Shown: positions 53,092 to 63,844, counted from the whole stretch's first letter. The stretch: 63,844 nucleotides of DNA, filler included, from Reclinomonas americana ATCC 50394 (GCA_048213135.1; 7 parts of 3 records of this genome joined end to end with filler, not necessarily neighbours in it); one strand, 5' to 3'. The notes: generated by a model not told the origin, from the letters alone. Program-made: numbers and translations.

Positions 53092-54948
53092 CATGGGCGA
53101 CTTTTGTCACAGTCTCCTCGACACCTCCTCACTGTTTGGCTTCACCAACATTGCGCGCACCCTGCACCAGCGCGAGGCTGGACAGGGGGCACCCTCGCTG
53201 CGTTTCCGACTGCACTTTGCCGGGGCGGCAGCCATCAATGATCACCGCATGCGCCTCGCCCACACAGTGCGTGATCCTTTTGCGTGTGTACAGTGTGTCT
53301 CCCCCTCCCGCATCCCTCACAGTGTGACAGAGCACCATGGACGCGCACGATGCGTCGTCGTCGCGCAGCAACAAACTGGCATTCTTGAAGCAGCGCTCCC
53401 GTGTGGTGGAGGTCTTGTGCGCGGAGCAGTTTGTCATCGTGCTCACCAAGTCGGGCGTGTGTGCTGTCTTTCATCGTCGTTGCGTCGGTGGCTGGAGTAT
53501 GGCCTGTGATGGTGATGGTGTTGGATGAAGTGGGTCTACAGAAACGCATTTCATGATCACAGATTCGCACCGCCGTGTGTGTTACCTCAATGTGCAACCG
53601 GATGAACTTGTCAGCAGTGTCACACACAACCGCGCCAACCGCTCCATCATCACCGTGTCGGTGCACAGTGCCGACAGCTATCAGACGTTGCATTGCCGCT
53701 CCACTCCGATCGAGTTGCGAGACAACTCCACTGCGCACGCGCACGCAGCGCTGTCTTGTTGCACTGCTGACCATTGAAGTTGATCGTCCTACTCCTTCTC
53801 CCTCTCTCCTCTGCCGTATGCAGATACCTCAGCAACAAGTGGGACGCCGGTCTGCAACTGTTCAAGTTCGAAGAGCTGAAATGGCCGGCGTTTGTGGAGT
53901 TTGACGAGACCGACGTGGACTGCCCCTACGTGCTGACCTACTCGTCTGTCACACACATGTTCCGGCTGTGGGACGGCTGCAACTACGACTTGGTGCTCTC
54001 CATCAACGACGATGGTGTTCAGGATGTGAAACTCAGGTCTCTCACCACCATCGCTTCCTGATCATGACGAGTGATTATCTCACTGACTGACTACGACACG
54101 GCAGCCCTGGCATCCTGCTCATTGTCTACCAGCGCACGGAGCACCACCTCCCTGTGCGTCTCGTCTCCGTCCGCGAGCGCCGCGTGATCAAGGCATGCAA
54201 GCTGCCGGTAGACCCGCAGTACCGCATCGATCTCATCGAGTTGATGGAGGACCGCGTGGTCATCAAGCAAGACGGCTGCCCACTCACCATTCATGATGTT
54301 GCGTCTCGTCCTCTCGCGGGCGTCCGTGAGGCTGTCGGCTCAACAACGTTGCATTCGCAGCTGACGCTGGACACACGCCTGGTGGTTCCCGAGTCGCACG
54401 ACATTGTTCCGAAGCGCTTTCTCTTTCTGCAGCAGAGTAATCTGTTCCTGACGCTGTGCGCCAACGAGGTCACCGTGTGGACCGTGACGGGCAAGCGAGT
54501 GATTTCGTTACGCTTGCTTGTCATGCATGCTAGCGCTACCAGCATTCATGCTTCTCATCTTCGCTTGCATGCTGCAGGTTCTTCACCGATGTGGATGACA
54601 AGGAGCGTGTGCAAAACTTCTTCCTCAGCCGCTGCCAGACTCGCGTGTTCCTGTACCAGAAACCGCAGGATTTCCGCCTCACAACGGCGGCTGGAGGTGA
54701 GAGATCTTGATCTCGCTTATTTATACGTCTGTTGGTGCTAATCTTTCCTGTTCTGAGTAGCCACGACAGGTGCCAGTCTGTCCATCATCGACCTTCGCTC
54801 CGGCGACTTTGCCGTGGCGCGACTGGCGGCCCACACCACTCCGGCGCCGGTCGCTCTGCACCAGGTGACGTCGGTTTGCATCGATGAGGAGCAGGGCACG
54901 CTGATGCTCGGCGATACGACCGGTGCGGTGCACTGCTGGAGCAAGTAA
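53092..54948 (+). CDS. Uncharacterised WD40-like beta-propeller of a family I recall from plants and protists
   Basis: LAFLKQRSRVVEV, LTKSGVCAVF, RRVCYLNVQPDE, SIITVSVHSADSYQTLHCRSTPIEY, LKWPAFVEFD, VQDVKLSPGILLI, LMLGDTTGAVHCWS. Introns 53267-53330, 53479-53562, 53714-53823, 54037-54104, 54298-54360, 54507-54577, 54697-54760. Confidence 0.8.
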
Positions 54949-55519
54949 GGAAAAGCGAAGGGGGGCCGCGAGGCCACAGGAAGAATCACGAAATCCGAAT
55001 GCCAATATCCAATACCAATGACAACCAATACAAACAATCAATCACGACATGTACAGTGCTTCGTTTGTGTTTCGATGCTTCTGAGCTGCCCTGTACTGCA
55101 GATGCAGTGTGTTCCTGTGTGCTGGCGACGAGGACTTTCGCAAAAGCGAACATGTTAACACGTTCGATATCCGCAACTTGCAACCGGACACCATTCATCT
55201 CTCTCTTCCCCCAAGCTCCGCCGCTGCTTCTTTCTTTACGCCCCACCCCTCTACCTGCATCAACACCCACACACTCCCCCCACCCCTCCCAGTCTCACCT
55301 CTATTGTTCCCTTGCCACACAAAACATTCCCTGTCCAAAAATCCACCTCAATTTGCACTTGTATTCGCCGCAGCGCAAGACCATCGCGGCAGTCTTCGCC
55401 ACCCGACTCGCACTCGCCATAAAGCCGCCACGATGGCCCATTGCAACCACCCATTACACCTCACTTGTGAGAGCTGACAACCTCCTTCCACACAACAACA
55501 GCAACAACCATCAACAACA

Positions 55520-58062
55520 ATGATGTTCTCTCCTCGTGTTCTTGCCGTGCTGGCACTCTTGGTCATCGTGGCCATCATGTGAGTCTCTTCTTCTCTCTTT
55601 TCCCCTCCCTCTCCCTCCACACCACAGCCCCACTCACCTCTGTTGATCACACAGTGTACATGCCGCTCCTCCTCCACCGCCACAGAACGGTGGTGGCCAG
55701 AACAATGGTGGNNNNNNNNNNNNNNNNNNNNNNNNNNNNNNNNNNNNNNNNNNNNNNNNNNNNNNNNNNNNNNNNNNNNNNNNNNNNNNNNNNNNNNNNN
55801 NNNNNNNNNNNNNNNNNNNNNNNNNNNNNNNNNNNNNNNNNNNNNNNNNNNNNNNNNNNNNNNNNNNNNNNNNNNNNNNNNNNNNNNNNNNNNNNNNNNN
55901 NNNNNNNNNNNNNNNNNNNNNNNNNNNNNNNNNNNNNNNNNNNNNNNNNNNNNNNNNNNNNNNNNNNNNNNNNNNNNNNNNNNNNNNNNNNNNNNNNNNN
56001 NNNNNNNNNNNNNNNNNNNNNNNNNNNNNNNNNNNNNNNNNNNNNNNNNNNNNNNNNNNNNNNNNNNNNNNNNNNNNNNNNNNNNNNNNNNNNNNNNNNN
56101 NNNNNNNNNNNNNNNNNNNNNNNNNNNNNNNNNNNNNNNNNNNNNNNNNNNNNNNNNNNNNNNNNNNNNNNNNNNNNNNNNNNNNNNNNNNNNNNNNNNN
56201 NNNNNNNNNNNNNNNNNNNNNNNNNNNNNNNNNNNNNNNNNNNNNNNNNNNNNNNNNNNNNNNNNNNNNNNNNNNNNNNNNNNNNNNNNNNNNNNNNNNN
56301 NNNNNNNNNNNNNNNNNNNNNNNNNNNNNNNNNNNNNNNNNNNNNNNNNNNNNNNNNNNNNNNNNNNNNNNNNNNNNNNNNNNNNNNNNNNNNNNNNNNN
56401 NNNNNNNNNNNNNNNNNNNNNNNNNNNNNNNNNNNNNNNNNNNNNNNNNNNNNNNNNNNNNNNNNNNNNNNNNNNNNNNNNNNNNNNNNNNNNNNNNNNN
56501 NNNNNNNNNNNNNNNNNNNNNNNNNNNNNNNNNNNNNNNNNNNNNNNNNNNNNNNNNNNNNNNNNNNNNNNNNNNNNNNNNNNNNNNNNNNNNNNNNNNN
56601 NNNNNNNNNNNNNNNNNNNNNNNNNNNNNNNNNNNNNNNNNNNNNNNNNNNNNNNNNNNNNNNNNNNNNNNNNNNNNNNNNNNNNNNNNNNNNNNNNNNN
56701 NNNNNNNGGCCAACTCGCTGCGCACGTTTATCGACGGCAAGATGAAGACCTCGGACGGCAACCTGCTGCCGACGAACGGCGCGTCGCCGGCGATCTCGTC
56801 GTACTTTGTGGCNNNNNNNNNNNNNNNNNNNNNNNNNNNNNNNNNNNNNNNNNNNNNNNNNNNNNNNNNNNNNNNNNNNNNNNNNNNNNNNNNNNNNNNN
56901 NNNNNNNNNNNNNNNNNNNNNNNNNNNNNNNNNNNNNNNNNNNNNNNNNNNNNNNNNNNNNNNNNNNNNNNNNNNNNNNNNNNNNNNNNNNNNNNNNNNN
57001 NNNNNNNNNNNNNNNNNNNNNNNNNNNNNNNNNNNNNNNNNNNNNNNNNNNNNNNNNNNNNNNNNNNNNNNNNNNNNNNNNNNNNNGGGCGATGTTCGCG
57101 TCAACGAGCAGTCCGGCCTCACCGCCATGCACACGGTGTTTGTGCGCGAACACAACCAGCTGTGCGACATTATCTTGGCCAACGACGCGCAGCTGGCGGC
57201 CATGACGGACGCGGTGGCGAAGGACGAGATTGTGTACCAGCGCGCTCGTCGCATTGTGGGTGCCGAGATGCAGCGCATCACCTACAAGGAGTTCCTGCCG
57301 GTGCTGCTGGGCGACTGCACGCCGTTCGACAGGATCAAGGCGTACAACTCCAACGCCGATGCCACCATCAGCAACGAGTTTGCGGCTGCGGCGTACCGCG
57401 TCGGCCACACGATGCTGAGCGATGCACTGCCGCTGATGGACGCGAGTGACCCGGAGCCGCGTGAGCCGTCGCTTGTCGACTTCTTCTTCGATGCCACCGA
57501 GATCCTGACGCACGGCGTGGATCCGGTGCTGCGCGGCTTGGCCAACTACCCGAGCGAGGAGGTCGACATTCACATTGCCGACAGCGTGCGCAACATGTTG
57601 TTTGAGCACGTGCCGGGCTTGGCACGTGGCCTCGACCTCGCCGCCCTCAACATTCAGCGCGGCCGCGACCACGGCCTCACCACCTACAACCAGACTCGTC
57701 GTCGCCTCGGCTTGCCTCCGCGCGCACTCTTCACCGACATTGCGGGCGGCGATGTGGTGGTGGCGGCGCAGCTGGCGGCGGCCTACAATGGCGACATTGA
57801 GATGGTGGATCTGTGGGTGGGCGGGCTGGCGGAGCCGCATGTGGCCGGTGGCATGGTCGGCGAGACGTTCCGGGCGATCCTCGTGCAACAGTTTGCGATG
57901 CTGAAGGCCGGCGATCGCTTCTTCTACGAGTGGCCGGGATCGCTGACGCAGTTTGAGCGCGACCTGGCTTCGCGCCCTCTGGGCCGCATCATCGAGGACA
58001 ACACTGGTGTGAGGTTCACGACGCACCAGGGCACCAGCATCATGTACCGCCCTCCGCAGTGA
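55520..58062 (+). CDS. Secreted heme peroxidase, peroxidase-cyclooxygenase superfamily; spans two gaps
   Basis: Signal peptide MMFSPRVLAVLALLVIVAI, GDVRVNEQ (distal Arg/Glu), HTVFVREHN, QRITYKEFLP, NEFAAAAYRVGH (proximal His), DLAALNIQRGRDHG, VDLWVGGLAE, GDRFFYE. Linking the signal-peptide exon across the gap is inferred. Confidence 0.9.
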
Positions 58063-58150
58063 ACACAGGCCTCGAGCAATCGCACGAGTGCCACACGACA
58101 ACTTTAAGGATGTACAGCTAATGAAATCAACAACTCGCCCTTCTTGATCT

Positions 58151-61100
58151 TCAGTCGTTCTCATCGGGTTCTCTGAGAAGCACATTGTCGACCATGGGTC
58201 GCGCAAATGGCAGCAGCACAGACCGCAAGCGCTGTGTGTATGCCTCGTGGCTCAACTCGCCAGGGAAGCCGTTTCTGTGCAGACAGGTGAGCTAGATACG
58301 TCGGCACCGCCACTCGCAAAGCACATACCCTGGTTCTATGACATCGGGTATATGGATCGCTTCAGCACTCGTGTCCTCGTTGGGGAACACAGTGGCGAGA
58401 CAATGCCGCAAGCTGTCCACATTATTCATCTCGTAGTGACAGACGAGAGGCAGCCCGGAAAATTGCTGTCGCGTACGGCCGATGAGCTCGAGCATCACGC
58501 TTGCGGCACAGATGGGAACTGTAAAAACAAACCAAAAACGCATGCTGCGACCGCCGATATATGCTGTTGACACGACTCGGCACAACAAATGTGGGATTGA
58601 GATAGGGGACGCCAGCCGCCAGCAGTTCGTACACCTCGAGCGCCTCCAGCGGAGTGCCCAGCTGCAACAATGCTTGAGTGCGCTCCGCTCTCAGTGACGT
58701 GCAGCCGCAGACACACTCACCCCCACGGCCACGCGCACTTCTGTGCCGAATCGCTTGCGCCAATCGTCATAAGAGATGAATGGTCGACGGCGCATATTGG
58801 GAAACGCGGCCTCTAAGTCGGTCAGGCGCTCCTCGCACGTGTAGTACACCACATCAACAACCGCGGCCAGTGCACCAAACACGTCCAGCTCCGTCTGCCG
58901 GTAGTCAGCCACGGTCTGCGTGCCACCACCATCCGCGTGAGTCTGCGGATCACTATTTTGCATCACATCGTGTGCATCCGCACCTTGCCGACAACGTAGG
59001 CCGCCACATGCGATCCAACGGGCGGCGTGTGCTGCTTTGCCTCGTCGCCTTCGGCGTCACTCGCCACCGCTCCCCGAAACAGATCGTCGCCAAGGTAGAA
59101 GCCCAAGAATGTGTTGCACGAGTTTGGCGTGCCGCTGAGAAAGTTGGCCAGCGGGAGGAGGCCGTCAAAGTACGTGCCCGACTTGTGACAGCGGCCGAGT
59201 GGACTGAGTACGAAGACTGCAGAGACGAAGAATTGTGAGACAGGTACAACACAGCGAATACGCAATGCGACGTACTGCGCTCCGTCGCCGGCTCCATCGC
59301 CTTCAGTGCAAAACTGACAAACAAGCGCCGCACCACGTCTGCCACGTACTTCTCGTCCACGATGAACACGCAGTCGCCCAACTCGAAGCAGTGCTCACGC
59401 AAAACCAAGTCCCAGTGCGTCATGCCATAGGTGCCGATGAGATCAGTATCGAGCTCACGCGACACCAGACGCAGAGAGTCGAAAAGGATTGTGTTGCCAC
59501 GAGGTCCACGAGCTGTGTGCATCGACGGATGATGAGCATCGAACAGGGTGCACGAAGCAAACTCGCCAGCAGAAAGCACAACTGTTCTTCTCATTGTCCT
59601 CCACCCACTCCGGTGTGAGGCCGTCCACGCGGGTGACAATCTTGAGCTTTTCGAGAATGCTCGGATCGTAGTCGACGGGAGGCATCCGCTCTGGTTCCTG
59701 TTCACCCTGCCCTTCTCGCGGCTTGCTGATCTGCGTCGAGCGCCGCATCGGCTCCCCAAGCAGCACTCTCAGTCTGCTAATGTACTCGTCCTCGGTGTAG
59801 TCGCGGGGAAGGGCTCTGCGCAGGCGGGTAAGTGAATGTCGCAAGTGTGAAAGGGTGAGAAACAGGGCACGAACGATATTTCGCGGGCCTGGCTCGAGAG
59901 GTACTCGATCGCTGCATGCATACACGCTAGTGCGCTGCTGGTGTCCTCCGTGTCGTACACGCACGTTGCCGGAAGGATCGTCTGCGCGAGAAGAGTGCAG
60001 TCAGTCCACACCTCCCGTGCCACCCTACACACTACGTTCCGGGTTGCACGTACCAGCGCCGGGTACTGTATGTGGCGAGTGACATCGTAGGTGATGGAAA
60101 AGGCGGCATTCATGACAAAGGCACCGGCACCGAGGGCCTCCATTGCCATCGGATCGTTGACTGGCTCTGTAAGGCCGACGATCACATCGATCTCGTCGCG
60201 CAGTGCGCTGCGCAACTTGTCGCGATCGGCGTGGTACGACGGCGGCAGGCGAACCACCTTGCCGTGTGTGTATGCACCCTCCAGCGCCGGCAGTGTCATC
60301 CGTGCGTCGTAGTACACTTTCGAGGCCAGTGGGACCAGGGCAGCGATGATGTGCCGCAGACTGTCGTACGATGCTGGATCCTTGCCACTCAGCAGCAGTA
60401 CTGGGTGACCGGAGAAGTGCGTTCGCCGCTGCGCCAGCACCGCCGGGGGTGCCGGCGGCACAAAGAAACCCAAGAACGAGTTGCACGGTGCCCCGGAGCG
60501 ATACGACACCAGGTACTGCGTCAGCGGGTACGCCTTGCCGTGCTCACGCAGCGGTGCATCGCACACCTCGTCCAGCGACAGCGAGTAGATTTGCCGAAAC
60601 ACATCCACCTCCTTGTACCGCAGTCGTTCGCGCTCCTCCGGCTCCATTGCCTGCCGATCGGCGTGTGGCGACGGCACAAACTGCGACAGCAGGTGGTCCC
60701 TGATATGCGGCTGCCACGCCACTTCGGTGATATGCACACAGCGCATCGGCGTATCTTCGCAGTGCCGATTGAACTGCTTGCGCCACTCCGTCATCGACGC
60801 GGTGATGATCACTTGTCGCACATGCAGCTGCTCCAGCCCGTGCACCAATGACTCCACCACCACCTGCCGACCGGATTGCGCTCCATCTTTTTCTTGCTGG
60901 TCAGCACTCGGAGCAGCAGCAATGCGAACAGAACACAAGACGCAACTCAACACGACTCGCTTCCACTCGCGGGCATGCACGTCGCAGCGAAGCAACACCG
61001 TGAGCGTCGACGGATCAGCAATGATCTTTGGTGGTGACGAAGGAGGAGGTGTGATCGGAGCCTGAGGTGATGGCGATGCAGGTGGTGGTGGCGGCGATGG

Positions 61101-61494
61101 AGACAGCGGCTCTGGAGGAGGAGGAGGAGGAGGAGGTGATGGAGGTGGCGGCGTCGGAGCAGGCTTGGTCTTCTCCTTGCGCTTCCGCTGCCGACACACA
61201 CACAGTTGAGAAGACGATCGCAGCGGATGACACATCACCACCTACCTCCGCCTCCTCTGCCTTTCTCTTCTCCTGCAGCTCACGTCTCTTGCGTGCATCC
61301 GCCTGCTCCTTCTCCAGCTTGCGCTGCAGCTCTCGTGCTCTCCTCTGCTCATCGGTCTTCTTGCCTTCCTCAACGCCCACGGGCGATGGTGCTGCCGGCC
61401 GGTACACACTGACCAGTACATATGTCACTGTGCACAGAATGGCCACAATGCCGACAATGATCACCCATGCAGAGGAGGAGGTGGAGGCTCGCAT
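58151..61494 (-). CDS. Type II membrane glycosyltransferase with two tandem GT18 (MGAT5/GnT-V-like) domains
   Basis: N-terminal TM AWVIIVGIVAILCTVTYVLVSVY and Pro-rich stem. Domain 1: CNSFLGFFV, LLSGKD, VIVGLTEPVNDPMAMEALGAGAFVMN. Domain 2: CNTFLGFYL, LLQLGTPLEALEVYELLAAGVPYLNP. Compared with recalled MGAT5 NSFLGFVV and LFVGLGFPYEGPAPLEAIANGCAFLNP. Confidence 0.65.
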
Positions 61495-61637
61495 GTGAGC
61501 TGGCAAAGGAAGAGTGGAAGGCGCAATTTCGTTTTCTCTTGTGTGTGTGTGAGAGAGAGCGTATGAAGTCGCCTGCTGGATGGGCGCCGCAAGAGGCCGA
61601 CGCACATGCAGCATCGCAAGGTGTCACTGTGTGCATC

Positions 61638-61684
<47 letters not shown>

Positions 61685-61952
61685 TTGACACGTGTGTGTG
61701 CAGAGGTGTGTTTCCGCGGTGGCCTGGTCGTTGCTGGTGTGGTCATTGGCTTGTGTGCGATCACGTTCCTCTACTCGATTGTGGCCATTCGCAAGTTGCG
61801 ATGATGATGATGATGCATTGTGTGTCTTTGTGTGTGATTGACTCAAGAGAGANNNNNNNNNNNNNNNNNNNNNNNNNNNNNNNNNNNNNNNNNNNNTTAA
61901 TTAATTAANNNNNNNNNNNNNNNNNNNNNNNNNNNNNNNNNNNNNNNNNNNN

Positions 61953-63420
61953 TGCGGTAAAACACATCGCGGCGATGGAACGCAATGCACGGCTTGTTGG
62001 CGACCATGTCTGTGCACGCGAGAGTCGCTTTAGAGAACACTGACGACGTGCGGAGAGCAACGTGGTCCCCACTGACCCTGTTCGTTGTCGAACACGTGCA
62101 TTACGCCATCCACCATCTTGTAGCGCTGCGTGGCCACCGGCAGCTGCGGCCCGTTCCACGGATCGTAGCTAACCTGCGGCAGTGGAACAGCGCCGTCCAC
62201 CTCCTCGCACTCCTCTCGCAAAACTTCGTCGGCACGTGGTGGCGCTCCCGACGCCTCATCACCTGTGCCGTAAATCGTCTTGCGCAGGTACACATAGGAC
62301 GGATTCTGCATGCACACGTGAGGGACGTGCGTTGGCCATCGCAAAAGTGAATTGCGACGTAACATCACTGGCTTCGGCGTCCCATCGGCACTTGTGACGA
62401 TAGTCCATGCACTCGAGCAACATTTCGGCAACCTCAATCGACTCATCCGACACATTCTCCTCCGTGATCGACAGCAGACCGAGATACGACGTCTTCGAGG
62501 TGAACGGGCCCAGCAGCGACTGCCCCGAGGCCATTTGACGGTCGGCTTGTGGCTGCAACACGTGGATCAAATCGCGCAGTTGATCAAACAGCCTGGTGAA
62601 CGGAGAGGACATGTGAGCTAGCCGTAGGGCGATTGCATCATACAGAAGAAGAATCGCGCAACTTGGTGTGAATGTTGGCACTCTGCAGGCTCTGCACGTC
62701 CACCAGTGGACTCGGTGTCGACGGCATGTGCGTCGCGGCCAGTGCAATGGCAAGACGCTTCTCCGCATCGGCTGTGAATGGCACGTGAGCGCACAAAAAG
62801 ACTTAAATTCGGCGACTGTGGTTTTCGGGCAGACAAACCTTGCGACGAGCGCGCTTCGTCCTCGTCCGGTCCGGGTGTCGGCATGTCGTATTGAGCGTAC
62901 GAACTGGCGGTGGAGGACAGCTTGCCCATGCCGCCATCCTCGGGGAACAACCGGCGAGTAGGGTGCGCAGCCGGTGCCGCAGCAGTTGCTACCGCCGGGC
63001 CGGCCGACGCTCCAACAGCAGTCGCTGCGCCAGGGGGTTTTCGCACAAGGTCGATGTGAGGAACCGGTGGTCCCATGGCGCCGACATGCGTAGCAATCGA
63101 CGCGGTGTGCAGTTCCGCCGCAGCAGCTGCTGTAACTCCATGGCTGCCTGCATCAAATGCCGACTGGGGCGTGTGAACGTGCGATGTGTGTTGGGGAGGG
63201 CGGAAGGCGGCGCTCGGTGGCAACGGTGGCATGCTCTGGTATCGGCCCGGCCCCAAGAATCCACCACCTCCAGACTGCGTTGGTGAGCCGACTGGTGAAT
63301 GCGACGGTGATGGGCCGGTGGTGGCCGTTCTGCGGCGAGACTCACAGTGAGGCAAGACGAGGAGAAGGAGGAGACCCAAACCTCACTGTCTCCAAACACT
63401 GTATGTATGAGCGTTGTCAT
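61953..63420 (-). CDS. AMP deaminase-like protein, N-terminal portion (catalytic domain beyond the gap; start uncertain)
   Basis: ESIEVAEMLLECMDYRHKC, YKMVDGVMHVFD and FHRRDVFYR resemble the pre-catalytic AMPD N-terminal motifs (R.KY, Y.M.DGV..V, F..D). Confidence 0.65.
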
Positions 63421-63520
63421 TGCATCACTTACTATCGCTGACTGCCTCTGTCTCTCTCGCGCGCACAACTCTTCCAACTGTCTCCTAACTCTCACACGCA
63501 CAACTCTTTCTCTCTCTCCA

Positions 63521-63692
63521 TGCGTGTGTTTGAGTTTTGTTGTCGATATAACGCTTATGATCGCTCGCAGTCTTGCTCTCCTATGCGCTCTCTCTCTATC
63601 TCTATCTCTTTCTCCCTCTCTTAGTGTGTGTGTGTGCGTGTGTTTGAGTTTCGTTGTCGATATAACGCTTATGATCGCTCGCAGTCTTGCTC
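63521..63692. repeat. 58-bp direct duplication upstream of the AMPD-like gene
   Basis: 63521-63578 and 63635-63692 TGCGTGTGTTTGAGTTT(T/C)GTTGTCGATATAACGCTTATGATCGCTCGCAGTCTTGCTC, 1 mismatch. Confidence 0.9.
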
Positions 63693-63844
63693 ATTTCTCT
63701 CTCTACGCTCGCTCTCACTCTCCCTCGTTCTCTCTCTCTGTGTGCGTGATTGTATCACTCTCCTCTCCTCCTCCTTCTCTCTCTCTCCCTCCTCCCTGTC
63801 GTCCACATGATGACACCCACCTGGCAAACAACTCCGGTGTGATA

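Noticed and set aside
56728-58206. Long antisense and alternative-frame ORFs (also 47-841, 3481-4326, 41299-42354) and HTHT/ERER/CVCV ORFs
   Set aside because: Shadows of GC3-biased coding strands or translations of microsatellites and N runs.
1-63844. Stop-codon reassignment or U12-type (ATATCC/GTATCCT) introns as explanation for interrupted ORFs
   Set aside because: All traced interruptions resolve as GT-AG introns, TAA, TAG and TGA are all used as terminators, and I saw no U12 donor consensus at any traced junction.

Overview
Gene-dense, GC-rich, intron-rich nuclear DNA of a flagellated, mitochondriate microbial eukaryote (taxon not identifiable from this window). It is a draft assembly with N-gaps and artificial TTAATTAATTAA linkers. 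About 19 protein genes or fragments were reconstructed by hand-splicing. They include an inner-arm (DNAH6-like) dynein heavy chain, a divergent mitochondrial glutamate dehydrogenase-like protein, DNAJC11, two tandem ATG1/ULK kinases, ARMC8/GID5, LCAT/PLA2G15, importin-5, LRR proteins, a WD40-like protein, a heme peroxidase, a double GT18 (MGAT5-like) glycosyltransferase and an AMP deaminase N-terminus. Introns are mostly 55-120 nt GT-AG. The main observation: about 35 of the roughly 100 introns I traced by eye use a second class of 5' splice site, GTTGCGT/GTTGAGT/GTTACGT/GTTTCGT. This is the ordinary donor (GTGCGT/GTGAGT/GTACGT/GTTCGT) with an extra T after GT, so the conserved +5G moves to +6. 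Every one of these follows a non-G exon end. Such +1-shifted donors are rare oddities in human but look like a main splicing mode here. Other candidates: a probable GDH pseudo-enzyme, an EBH-like plus SxIP protein, a MITE-like element and a recurrent promoter motif. All gene models are manual and unverified by RNA data.
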